A DNA stretch of 64,000 nt. Origin: Syncephalis fuscata S228. Lineage: Eukaryota; Fungi; Zoopagomycota. Below are positions 9,187 through 21,074 of this stretch, piece by piece. The notes below the pieces were generated by a model. The model worked only from the letters and a program-made list of their open reading frames with translations. It had not been told where the DNA came from and made no database searches. A program made the position numbers and the translations under genes. How positions within the stretch are numbered: the first letter of the stretch is position 1; every line of letters starts with the position of its first letter. Location: assembly GCA_025786725.1 (NCBI GenBank), contig JAHLTZ010000004.1, forward strand, positions 124,001 through 188,000, read 5' to 3'.

Positions 9187-11955
9187 TTATGACCGTGGGT
9201 TCCCTGCATTTATAAATAAAGATAGTACATGGTATATAATTAATTTATAAGTTAGCAATATACAATGCCACTTACAGTCTATTAATATTAAATTGTTGGT
9301 ACACATGGTGCATAAGATGTAATTAGTAATAATTAATTAATACACAATACCACTTACAGTCTATTAATATTAAATTGTTGGTACACATGGTGCATAAGAT
9401 GTGATTAGTAATTAATTAATTAATACACAATACCACTTACCATCTATTAATATTAAGTTGTTGGTACACATGGTGCATAACATGTAATTAGCGATTAGAT
9501 ATTTAATACATAGTGTTACATACTGCCTATTATATTAAGTTGTTAGTACACATGATGCATAACATATAATTAGTAATTAATTAATTAATATACAATACCA
9601 CTTACATCCTATTGATATTAAGTTGTTGATATACGCAATGTATAATATATAATTAGCTCATGTTATATTGATATGCAACAAAACCTACTAGCTATTAATA
9701 TTAAGTTGTTAATGGATACAGTAAATAGCATGTGATTAGTGAGTAGCCAGTTAGTATAAAATATAACTTACCACCTATTAATATTAAGTTATCAATACAC
9801 ACAGTACATGATATATAATTAATGCGTAGTCAGTTAATACGCAAAACAACTTACGACCTATTAATATCAATTTGTTGATGCATATAGTAAATAGCATGTA
9901 ATTAGTACATAATCAACTAATACAAAAGTTTACATACATCCTATCAACAATATTGTTATTTATACAGTACATAATATATAATTAGTAGCTAGTTAGTTGA
10001 TATACAATACCACTTACTGCCTATTAATATTAAATAATTGGTACAGTCAGTAAATAGCATAGTTAATGTACAGTCAAGGAATATACAATACAACTTACTT
10101 CCTATTCATATTAAATAAGCAGTGCAATTAGTAAACAGCAGCTAATGCATAGTCAGTTGATATACAATATCACTTACTGCCTATTAATATTAAATAATTG
10201 GTATAATTAGTAAATAGTATAGTTAATGTATAGGCAAATGATATACAATACTACTTACATTCTATCAATATTAAATAATCGGTACCATTGGTAAATAGCA
10301 GTTAATATATAGTTAGTTAATATACAATACCACTTACGAGCTATTGATATTAAATAATTAATAAATAGCATATTTAATGTATAGTCATTTAATAACAATG
10401 TCACTTACTGACTATTAATATTAAACAATTGATACAATAGTAAATAGCATAGTTAATATATAGTTAGCTAATATACAATGTAACTTACTGCCTATTAATA
10501 TTAAATAGTTGATACAATCAGTAAATAGCATAATTAATATATAGTTAGTTAATATAAAATACCACTTACGATCTATTAATATTAAATAATTAATACAGTC
10601 AGTAAATAGCAGTTAATGTACAGTCAAGGAATATACAATACAACTTACTTCCTATTAATATTAAATAATTAATACAATCAGTAAATAGCATAGTTGATAT
10701 ATAGCTAGTTAATACACAATAAAACTTACCATCTATTGAGATTAAATAATTAATACCATTAGTAAATAGTATAGTTAATGTATAATCAGTTAATATACAA
10801 TATCACGTACACACTATCAACAATATTGTTGATTTATACAGTACATAATACATAATTAGTGGATATTTAATTAATATACAATATAACTTACTGTCTATTA
10901 ATATTAAATAATCAGTATATTAGTAAATAGCATAATTAATGTGTAGCCAACTAATATAAAATACCACTTACTGCCTATTATATTAAATAATTGATACAAT
11001 CAGTAAATAGCATAGTTAATGTATAGTCAGTTAATATACAATATCACTTACTGCCTATTATATTAAGTTATTGATACAATCAGTAAATAGCATAGTTAAT
11101 GTATATTCAGTTAGCACGCAATACAACTTACAAACTATATTATTAATTTGTTGATACACACAGTACATGGATATAATTAACGAGTAGTTAGTTTATATAC
11201 AATACAACTTACCCCCTATTATATTAAGTTATTAATATACGCAATGTATGATATATAATTATTACATAGTCAGTTAATATGCAATACAACTTACGACCTA
11301 TTAATAAGATTATTGACACGCACAATACATAATGTATAATTAGCACATAATCAGTTAATATACAATACAACTTACATCCTATTATATTAAGTTATTAATA
11401 TACGCAATGTATAATATATAATTAGCACATAATTAGTTGATACATGATACAACTTACTAACTATAACATTAAGTTGTTGATACACAATAAGTAATATATA
11501 ATTAATTTATAAGTTAGCAATATATAATATTACTTACGACCTATTAGCATTAAGTTGTTGATACACATGGTGCATGACATCTAATTAGCTAATGTTTTAT
11601 TGATATACAATATAACTTACATTCCTCTAATATTAGATTGTCGATGGATACAGTACATAACACATAATTAGTGTATGTTTTATTAATATATAATAATACT
11701 TGCCCACTATTAGTATTAAGTTGTTGATACACATAGTGCATGAATATAATTAATGAGTCATTAGCTAATATACAGTACAACTTACGATCTAATAGCATTA
11801 TTAGTTAGCAATACTATTAATAAGCAGATACTATGGCATATTTATTGTTATTGCAACATACCACGACGAACTAAGGCTGGTTTAGCATCCACGATGGCTG
11901 TACTGGCCACAATAGCCACGACAATGGTGCAAACGACGGCAATGGAAAGCTTCAT
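9187..11955 (-). CDS. 34-exon micro-exon gene encoding a 69-aa secreted Cys-rich prepropeptide: MKLSIAVVCTIVVAIVASTAIVDAKPALVRR|DLEECLRCRVCSNMYGNRITQCRSRCRARCNDYWNPRS*
   Basis: Exon 1 is 11862-11955 (94 nt, phase 1). Micro-exons in transcript order (lowest + coordinate): ATC 11786, TGG 11704, AGGAAT 11621, GTC 11538, TTA 11458, GAT 11376, GTC 11295, GGG 11213, TTT 11132, GCA 11052, GCA 10972, ACA 10892, TGT 10811, ATG 10730, GAA 10649, ATC 10570, GCA 10489, TCA 10409, CTC 10338, AAT 10259, GCA 10178, GAA 10099, GCA 10018, GAT 9938, GTC 9855, GTG 9772, CTA 9689, GAT 9606, GCA 9524, ATG 9441, ACT 9358, ACT 9276. Last exon is 9187-9203. All 33 introns (68-80 nt) have a consensus-like donor and a YAG acceptor. 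The 210-nt CDS is open. Confidence 0.85.
9204..11790. repeat. Tandem array of ~32 diverged ~81-bp units, each one intron plus one micro-exon
   Basis: Recurring + strand core ...aatac(c/a)ACTTAC-NNN-CTATTAATATTAA... at 71-83 bp spacing. Confidence 0.95.
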
Positions 11956-12319
11956 GGTGATATTGACTTGTTAAGACAAACAAAAAAAGAGATAGTAGAG
12001 TGTGGTTGGTATAGAGTGGAGAATAGTGCGTGTATAGCAAGAAGTAGAGTGTGATTGATATAAAGTGAATAGTAGTGTGTTTAGCAGAAAAAAGAGTGTG
12101 ATGATAATATCGCAGTTGGTTGTGTGTATTTTGTGGGCTATTTATACTTATGATTATGCTGAGATGCCAGTATACTGTAACATACGAGGTATACCATCGA
12201 TGTGTAATATGAACCAATAAAATAATCCAGGTTATGGTTTGAGATGCACATGTACCAATAGATTCATGGCGTGATAGTATGCTCCCAGGCTTGATTTTAA
12301 CTTACTCAGTTTTGATTTC

Positions 12320-12783
12320 AACCTGCCCGGTCTTTACTTTAACCTGTTAATCATTTGTACGAGTACTGTAACGGTGTTTATAATACAGTAAGTATGCGAC
12401 AATGTACATCATTCTATTTTTTTGTTACGCAGTTTAACTATTTAGTGAAAACAAATATACTGTTTGGTTTTGTAAAAACGATAATGATGTCTTTGCTACC
12501 ATTTCTACCGATCGGTCCTTAATATCTGCATGCATAAAAATAGCGCATAACCTGCCCGGTCTTTACTTCAGTTTGTCAGTCATTTACACAAATGGCATAA
12601 CAATATTAATAATTTAGTAATATGGGATAAAAATAAACACACTAGCCTGTATTTTTTGTTACACGGTTTAACTATTTGGTAAAAACAAGTATGTCGTTTA
12701 GTTTTTTTAAAAAATAATGATGTCTGCTACCATTTCTACCGATTCGGTCCTCAATATCTGCATGCATACAGAATAGCACACAA
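12320..12783. repeat. Two-copy ~230-bp diverged tandem duplication upstream of the micro-exon gene
   Basis: aacctgcccggtctttactt at 12320 and 12549; ataatgatgtct..gctaccatttctaccgat..ggtcct.aatatctgcatgcata in both copies. Confidence 0.85.
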
Positions 12784-15149
12784 CGCTGATGCAAAAACAA
12801 GTTAATACATCAAACTAGTATTTTATACAGGTTTTTACTGCTATACATAGGTCAGTTGTAATTTCTCAAATTATAAAGTGTATTGATTGGTACATGTATG
12901 CATTTCATTTGACACTATGCCCATTGTTATGGGGTAATCATTGTTTTAAATTCACAAATGTATTACATCCAGGCATATTATGCTACATGTTGTGCAACTG
13001 CCATCATTCACATGGCGGCTAATCTAAATTGCCTGAAATCGACTATACAATAAGTACTGTTTGTAGCATGATGTATCACGGCATTTTGAGCAATGGAACA
13101 TTTCGACAGGTCATTTTCGTCATCACTTTTCAGTTGTAAACTAGATTGCATCGGCTAAACTACACGTAATATAATATGCAGATACTAGTTAGACACAATA
13201 GAAAATTCTAGCCAAATAACAGTAATTTCGAGTGCATAATGTCGATGAATTGCATATCAACCGATAATTATCCAAGACCTAAGTGCTGCTTACATTTATG
13301 AAAACACTTTTGACAAGTTAAACAAGATGGAATATAGAAGAACAAGCCAAAGCAGAAATTAATGGAAAACAATTACAGCTCAAAGACTACTGGTTTGACC
13401 TACAAAAATATTATAGTTATGCTAAGCTGGACTGCATTTATAAAATCGGCTGTTACTGATGCAGCAGAACAGTAGCAAGATTAAACTGAGATAACTCATA
13501 GAAAACATAGAGAAATGTAAATAAATTGAATCAATGAGTTTAGTAATTAAATAACTTATTATTGTCAATATAGCTTATAATGCTGATTTTTTGTACGAAT
13601 AAATATTTACGATCACATCGCAGCTGCTTACTTACATTTACGCAACCACTAAGCCAACTACTATAAGGCTTGATTTAATTATTTATTAGAGTAAGCAGCA
13701 ATATTATACATTATTGCACTAGCAGAAAGACAGATTAATTTATTTATTGGTCATTAATAAAAGTTGTAAAGCTATATGCTAAAATAAAACAAAGCATTGG
13801 ATTGAGCACATAATATTTATATGATCAAATCATTTTACTTTAACTTCCACATTTCGAGTCCTCAAGGTAATTTTCGTTCTAATCGAGGTCATGCGGTTAT
13901 ACACAATATAATTATATTACTTCCTATTAAAATACTGTTAATAAACTTATTTAAATATTTTTAATAAGACAATTCAATTCATATTCATATTGTTTGTTAT
14001 ACTAATATAACTCAGTGAACAGACTAAGTGCGATAAGTCAATTTTTATTAATTAAAGAGTTGGAACCATATCGACAACGACTATAGACAGCATATAGCCA
14101 ATATATAATAAAGTAATAAACATTATAATGAATGTGCAGTATTGAACAAGATTAGCAATATTCTAGTTATTGAGCAGATATGCATGAGCAGATGAGCGAC
14201 ATTAGTCGACATTTATAAATAATAAACTAGAACAAAAGTAAAAACAGTTTTGGGCAGAGGAAGGCTAGGCGAGTATAGAATGCTATATAAAATGACAATT
14301 AAACTTTTAAGCATTAGATTTAGTATATAAGCAGCAGTGTTTATTGAATGCTAAATAAAATACTTGTCAACATATCTATTCTAAACTACGCCTTTGTATA
14401 TATAATTAAATAGTGCTCCATCAAGAAAGAAGGAAAAAGTGAATAAAAATAGTATAAATGGTTATACCCAACACATTATCTGAGTAAAATAAACGTTTAA
14501 TATTGCTACTAATACAATATTTTGTTACATTTAATCAATTTTATTTTATGGAAACAATAATGTTATTACATTACATTAATGTTTATTATGAATGATGGTT
14601 TAAACACAAGCCAATTATTTACAGGATTACGCTCGATTGCGTAAAAAAATACTGATCTGGGAGATGCAAAGTAAATATTATTCAATACTATTTATACAGC
14701 TACCATACGTTAGTTTGATAACATAAAGCTAAAAATGTAGAAACATTAAGACAAATTGTGTCATTGATTTTTTCTAACTGAAACTAAAACATGTTTCTGA
14801 TATACAATTTAAAATATTTTCCATCAGGTCTATCTTCAGTCAAGCTGGAAGATCGATAAAAAAAGGTTAACAATTAGTGTAGACAGGATACAACTTGAAT
14901 GAGAAGAGGGTATGGTTTGTTGAATATTGTACATATTATCACTTATACGCTAATCATAGTAATGTCGTAGAAACTGTTGGATTAATCCACCATGTGAGAA
15001 TAAAGTTAGACCAGTTTCATCATGAAATTTACGTCATTGCGTAAAATAATTAAAAATTAAAATCTCAGCTACTCATTTATAAACATACGTGCTATCATAT
15101 CTTTTTGAACAGCTTACTTTTTTTCAAGATATATATTGTAAAATTAACC

Positions 15150-15578
15150 ATGAATCGTATTTCTACTACTATTCAAGAAGCTATCGCGAGAATAAAGGGT
15201 GAAGATATCCCGAGCACTTCCAATCGAGGAGATGTAGCTGGAAACAACTATAACAGCGAGTATCATCGTGTACCTGGCGATCCACAGTCTCATTCAACAA
15301 TGTATGGCGGTAACAATCCGGAGCACGGATCAGCCATTGATATGGAACAATCATCAGACGTTCCTCATCACTATCATTCTTCAAAATCACCAATGCTTTT
15401 TTCAAATGTTGATGGAGATAGCATAGTGCAAACTGCCAAAGATTTGGCTGTAGGCACATTTAAAGAAGGCTACGGTTGGATCACTGGCGATACACTTATG
15501 CATTCCGAGGGCAAAGAGCAAAGAATGCGTGCTGCTGGTGCGCCTGGTACATCTAATATATCTGGTAGACGTATATGA
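15150..15578 (+). CDS. Small hydrophilic protein with one C-terminal CsbD-like repeat
   Basis: ATG at 15150; AKDLAVGTFKEGYGWITGDTLMHSEGKEQ resembles the repeats of the gene at 6128. Confidence 0.65.
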   Translation: MNRISTTIQEAIARIKGEDIPSTSNRGDVAGNNYNSEYHRVPGDPQSHSTMYGGNNPEHGSAIDMEQSSDVPHHYHSSKSPMLFSNVDGDSIVQTAKDLAVGTFKEGYGWITGDTLMHSEGKEQRMRAAGAPGTSNISGRRI

Positions 15579-16380
15579 TACGCTGATTCTGTACGTTATA
15601 TACTTTGAATATTCAGAAATTACAAAAAAATATGTGTTTACACAATGTAAATAAAACGGTTTGTTTGAATATAAATATTATAATATTGGCTAACTTTGGC
15701 TTCCTCATTTTAAATCCCCAAAGAAAATTTCATTTCAATTGATTGAATCTTAACATGTTACAATGAGCTACATTTACTACAATTACAACCATGCTAGCTA
15801 TCTTGACAATGATATCAATAATTATTTAGTTAACTGGTCTATTTAATTGTACTAGTGTTATTGCACTAATATATACATGCTATGTACCGTTTCATTTTAG
15901 CTTTGATTTTGATATTTGCTAATTGAATTAAATAAACTGCGTCGTTGTATAAAATATTGTGCGTCATTTGACACTATTATACAATTTATGTGAATTTATT
16001 AGCCATTTAGTATGATTTGTGCTTACAATAACTATTTTAATAACACCCAATCTATTGAATATGATGATGGGTAGTGAGTGTCGTCAATCATCAAATACTC
16101 ATCATTGTAGATTCATTATCCAGTACGCATATATCCGCCATTTATCTATGCTTTTACAAACAAAAAGAGTCAGTTTACATCTATAGTTATAATATACACA
16201 CGTGAAACAAAAATGAAATAATACTGAATTAAACAAGTAATTCACATTGTGTCATATTTCCAGCAACACTCATATCAGAACATAACAACTATGCTGACAA
16301 GGCAGCCTGTATAATGGTGTAACCATGTCCATTAACAGGCCGGAAGTTGTAAAAGCGCTTTATACTTTTGTTCTACCACA

Positions 16381-17892
16381 ATGAATTCTATTATTGTTAA
16401 GCAATTACCAACTAACCGACTATTAAACTTAGTAAACCACCTTCCACATAATGACTTTTACCGTTTTATTTTGTATATCGGCACCTCGGTACTTAGGCTA
16501 AGTCTAAGCTGCCGGTTATGGCGAGGGAAAATAATAGACAACCCATCTTTGTGGCGCTACCTTTATTACCACCAGTTTCTCATTCAAGCCCATAGAGTCA
16601 AAGAATGGGATTTTGTATATTGGTGCGCTAGAAATGGATTTCCAATCGATCAAACACCGATAGAATCATCGGCACTACTCGACAGTCTTAATTGGTATGA
16701 TGTTTATCGGCGGCGCGTAACCACCGAGCAAAATTGGCGTCATGGCCATTTGAGACACAGTGTATTGTCGCTTCCTCGCGTCAATACGTACGTCGACTAT
16801 TATGCTACGATGATATGCGCAACAGCTGTACTTTTTCCCGCTTGGTACAAAACGTCCGACGGTAAGACACAGAATGGAACCACGATAATGGAAACCGTGC
16901 CATTCTCGGCCGACATAAGCCACACCACAGTACAGAATATAGCTGAAGCAAAGTCAACCCAAGCAATGAAGTTTCTAAATAGCTATGGATCTTTATACCA
17001 ACAGGTCTATCTAAATGATCGATTTATAATTGTTATTCAAGGCTACGACCAGCACACAGAAATGGAGATTTACACCCGTAGCGATTACCGGAAACGACAC
17101 ACGGCAAGGCTACCGTTTAACTCGCAATTTGTTTCGATTAATGGGCATTGGGCTTTGTTTTCCTATAAAATAAAGGCAGTGGACAACGCAACGCGGCTTA
17201 TTGTATGGGATCTCGAAAGCAACCAGGAACATTCGAAGATATTTGACACTCGGTTAAATAGCATGTGTATTTACGAAGCAACACACGATGCCGTTATTAT
17301 TTATACACTAAATATCACAGATTACGAGCATGGCATAATTAGATGGGCCTTGTATCGATTTTCACAAAATGGGCCAGAAAAACAACTGAACGAGGGCCAG
17401 CTGCAACTGAATGTTGAACTAGTTCCGGTGCTAGATTATATCGATACCTTATCGACTGAATTTTCTCGAATAAGACTTGGTGTAAATATTAAAGGCTATA
17501 ATCGTATGGTTTTTATACATACCATTTTATTAACAAGAAATATGGATATTGGATCTGATTATTTGCAGCGTATTTCACGACAAGTTACGAGCATCGCACA
17601 CGAAAACAAATTCTATTGTCAACTATTGACGGAACGAGATAGCAAGTTGGTTTTCAATGACAGGCTTGACTGGTCAGCTGTAACTCAGTATCGCCATATT
17701 ATTGGCAATCTATTTCTTATTACTGAATTACAGGATGTTGGTTTACGACATATTTTGATAGATATAAATAATGGAGAAATTATACGACAAATCGATGGTC
17801 ACGACATTGATAATCATACCAGTTTTTTAATGACGGGCATTATAACCATATCCGGGACCAGAATGCTAATGAGCAACTATGGTGCTGCTTAA
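16381..17892 (+). CDS. Intronless 503-aa protein with a divergent F-box-like N-terminus and beta-rich C-terminus
   Basis: LPHNDFYRFILYIG..VLRLSLSCRLWR..IIDNPSLWRYLY, then WYDVYRRRVTTEQNWRHG, a helix typical of F-box/WD proteins; LIVWDLES is WD-like. Confidence 0.7.
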   Translation: MNSIIVKQLPTNRLLNLVNHLPHNDFYRFILYIGTSVLRLSLSCRLWRGKIIDNPSLWRYLYYHQFLIQAHRVKEWDFVYWCARNGFPIDQTPIESSALLDSLNWYDVYRRRVTTEQNWRHGHLRHSVLSLPRVNTYVDYYATMICATAVLFPAWYKTSDGKTQNGTTIMETVPFSADISHTTVQNIAEAKSTQAMKFLNSYGSLYQQVYLNDRFIIVIQGYDQHTEMEIYTRSDYRKRHTARLPFNSQFVSINGHWALFSYKIKAVDNATRLIVWDLESNQEHSKIFDTRLNSMCIYEATHDAVIIYTLNITDYEHGIIRWALYRFSQNGPEKQLNEGQLQLNVELVPVLDYIDTLSTEFSRIRLGVNIKGYNRMVFIHTILLTRNMDIGSDYLQRISRQVTSIAHENKFYCQLLTERDSKLVFNDRLDWSAVTQYRHIIGNLFLITELQDVGLRHILIDINNGEIIRQIDGHDIDNHTSFLMTGIITISGTRMLMSNYGAA

Positions 17893-18978
17893 TCTAGCGT
17901 ATATTATAAGATATTGTTACAGTTGTGATTTACGTAGTTTAACAGAGCTTTAAAATTATTGATTAAATACTTATTATATTATAGGAATTAACACACATGT
18001 TTCAAAATCATTTATCATAAATGTATTATCGTCTAGCTAATATATCTTTGCATAATATCGCTACCATTCTTAATGTTTAGCTATATCAAGCATTTTTAAT
18101 ATTTAATCAAGAATATCTATTAAAGTAAGTACATAAAAACACATTTTTATAGTGTTGTATTATTAAAAATGTTTATTTATTATGCCATCTTGGATTTATA
18201 CACCAGTAGCACCAAAGCCAGTTAGCTATGCAAAATCTCATTTCAAAAGTATATCGCACTCAATTAAAATCACTGCTTATAAGTAATTGTAGTAGATAGT
18301 AACTTATGACTAGCTGATATATATATCATTAAAAACGCACTGAAAACAAGTCTATACCAACAAAACAGCACATGAGTAGGAAGAGTGATAGGGTAATGCC
18401 ATCTTTCTCGACACCATCTAATTCGTTTAAATAAACCACCAGAGTGGGCTGACAATACACAAAATATAAAAACGATGGCATCAAAAACAGCACATCAATT
18501 ATAACAATTGAATAACTGCTAGTAGAAGATGGATTTGCAAAGCCCAAGTGCTAATGAGGAGTATAATCTCAAGAGACGGGATTGGCATAGTTACTCTAGG
18601 AATTGTTTCAAATTTGTAACAATATAGGCGTTGCTGCTCGTGTAAAACAATAGTTTTCAATTAATATCAAATTGATTACTGTTATTATCCAAGCTTCATT
18701 ATTACTGTTCAAAATAAATATTTATACGATATAGTCTATTACCGTTACTTGCCACTTCGTTACATCCAATGCCTCCTTTTCTATTTATATCGCCATTAGC
18801 AGCATCATGTACGCCATTTATGGGCATCAAAACAAGTTTTAATAGTTGTAGAACCCAAGTCATGCTTTCAGCAAGCTCGACATTGTAGCGGCAAACTCCT
18901 AAATATATTAAATAGCTTTTTATTCAACTACTCTAATATTCTTCGTCTAATTTGTTTTGTACCACATATTTTCGCATA

Positions 18979-20892
18979 ATGTTGAATAACATAGGATTAG
19001 TTATACAACTGTTGTGCTTTGTTGTGTCCGTTTTTGGTATGGCCACATTTCGTGTGGGCAATCAAACATTCCAATATCGCACACAAGATTTGTTTGAAGT
19101 CAAAGTAGCGCCCTATACAACTCGTGGCATTTTAGTCGATGCTGTGTTTAATGAAGATTCACTATGCGAGATGTTACCATCCGTCCTTGATACAGCTCGA
19201 TTTGCATTACATAGTGTAAGGTTGCATAACATCTCAAGCGTGATCATTGCTATTGATGCAAAGAAAGCAAAAGAATGTGGATGTAGAACAATTAATCATG
19301 TAAGCCATCCGTATTGGTATGTAGTAGCATGTTATAACTATGATTATAACTAGGCGGGATGTGCAGTCTCAAATCTTAACCAGTATTTAAACGATACAAG
19401 CGACTTTTCGATCGAGACAGCGTTATACATACCTCATGTAAATTCAAGCACAGGTTTTGGTTCATACCATAGCTTAAACTATATAAAATTTGGGCTCAGT
19501 TATTACAATTACGCTTTATCAGTCAACATTGCATTGTTACCATATGATAATTATCAGGCTGTCGTAGTGCAAGCAACAAGCTAAGCACAGCAGCCATTGT
19601 AACAGTTGAAGAAGGTAATTGGCTTACTTTGATGTTGGAGCTATATTTTGCACACTAGCTAATATATAGACCGATCTACCTATAGAGCCAGGGCCTTGGA
19701 ATGATGTCTTTTTGTCAACTGGCTATCGAGCATTTATATACTGTACACTAGCAGTATTTATATGCATTATATTGTATAATTTTGTAATTTTATATCATTT
19801 GATCAAAGCAAAGAAAACAATTACTAGATATCACATTGTAATATATGTCTCTGCGCTGTGTGCAGCAATACGTAAGACAAATTCGCCATTAGCAACATTA
19901 ATGGAATACTAACCGGACAATCTTATGTATTTAGTATTTGCATCCGCAGTAGCACTCAAACTATTTAGTTTAGCTTATAATTATATAATTTTTTTTGAGA
20001 ATATTTTTATGTACATTGGATTTTATACGCTACTGTTGCTCTGGTATGTTATATAATGTAACAAAAATTGTCACTAGTTTTATCAAAGCCCGGTATTATT
20101 AATAACAATAATTAGGCATTCGATTGCAATTAGTGTAAAAACTAGTCGACAATTACTGTTGCTTCGATATAATATTATTATCTCATTTGTAATACTAGTT
20201 GTTGGTGAAGTGTTAAATGCTGCTTCCGAGCTTTTTTCAAACAAATGATGCAAAGCACAATAGCAATAGTTATTAGTTATACTAGATTATTGACGCAAGG
20301 TATTATTATTGTTGGATTTATTTATTACGGTAATACTATATATTATTTCTAATACTATAATGCTAAGTTGTTTGCGTTTAGGCATAACATTCTGGTTAAA
20401 GCAAGACACTCTAATAGCAAGCAGTGCTGTAAAACATGCGTTATCATTAGTAAGTATTAAAGAAGCTACAATAGTAAACAAAGCAGAAAACAAAGATGTT
20501 TACAATTAGTATGTTAGGTGACAAAAATATGTGTTCTATTTTCATTAGGATTTCTAATGGTATTCGTTGTAAATATGATGGAAATTGGAGAGACTTGGCG
20601 CTATGGTGTTAAGGCCGAGCTTTTATCCTTGGTTCTTTATAACATGTCGCACTTTTTGCGCAATAGCGTGCTTCTTTTTTTTATTGGTCTACGCCCAAAG
20701 TCTGGCAGCCAACCTAAAGATAACACGGCAGTTATAATGGACAACAGAGATAATATTGAAACCTTGGTACAGAGTACAAATACTAAACATACGGCTTATG
20801 TTGGTGCACTCATGTCGTCAAACGTTGATCCAGATGCACACTCGACATTTGAGGAAAGTGCATACGATAACAAAACTACTAAATGTAGTTAG
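18979..20892 (+). pseudogene. Signal peptide + extracellular domain + multi-pass (GPCR-like) membrane protein; frame disrupted as assembled
   Basis: MLNNIGLVIQLLCFVVSVFG signal, spliced EEEPGPWNDVF preceding several TM helices, and a hydrophilic tail. In-frame TAA at 19582-19584 with a frame change, and another break near 20240-20250. Confidence 0.55.
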
Positions 20893-21074
20893 ACTAATAC
20901 CTGGCTTATCAGCAACAAAAATCTATTAAATACTACTTATTACATTGGCAATGGCAATTATTGATAATTTATAAAACACAAATGTAATCCATAATTAATA
21001 GCGTTTAAAAACAAACCATGGTGTTTACCTTGTATATCGCGTATTATTTGGCCAGTTTTACAAGTAAACATTTA

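Noticed and set aside
9105-11788. Phase-0 reading of the joined micro-exons (IWRNVLDVGFAATCMEIASLNAEADVVLDAMTTGTHGHK...) is also stop-free
   Set aside because: The exon 1 donor fixes phase 1, no start feeds phase 0, and a ~65-codon open frame can arise by chance. Phase 1 gives the Cys-patterned peptide.
9204-11790. CRISPR array or plain satellite interpretation of the ~81-bp repeat
   Set aside because: The context is eukaryotic with no cas genes. The conserved parts are splice signals around a 3-nt variable payload, not repeats with 30-40 nt unique spacers.
11589-12217. ORF-track entries 11589-11798 and 11882-12217 (-)
   Set aside because: They run through intron or UTR sequence, or overlap the signal-peptide exon in the wrong frame.
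12900-14300. Possible decayed gene in the AT-rich stretch (short - strand ATG frames near 14210)
   Set aside because: No coherent frame, domain motif or micro-exon pattern could be found by eye.
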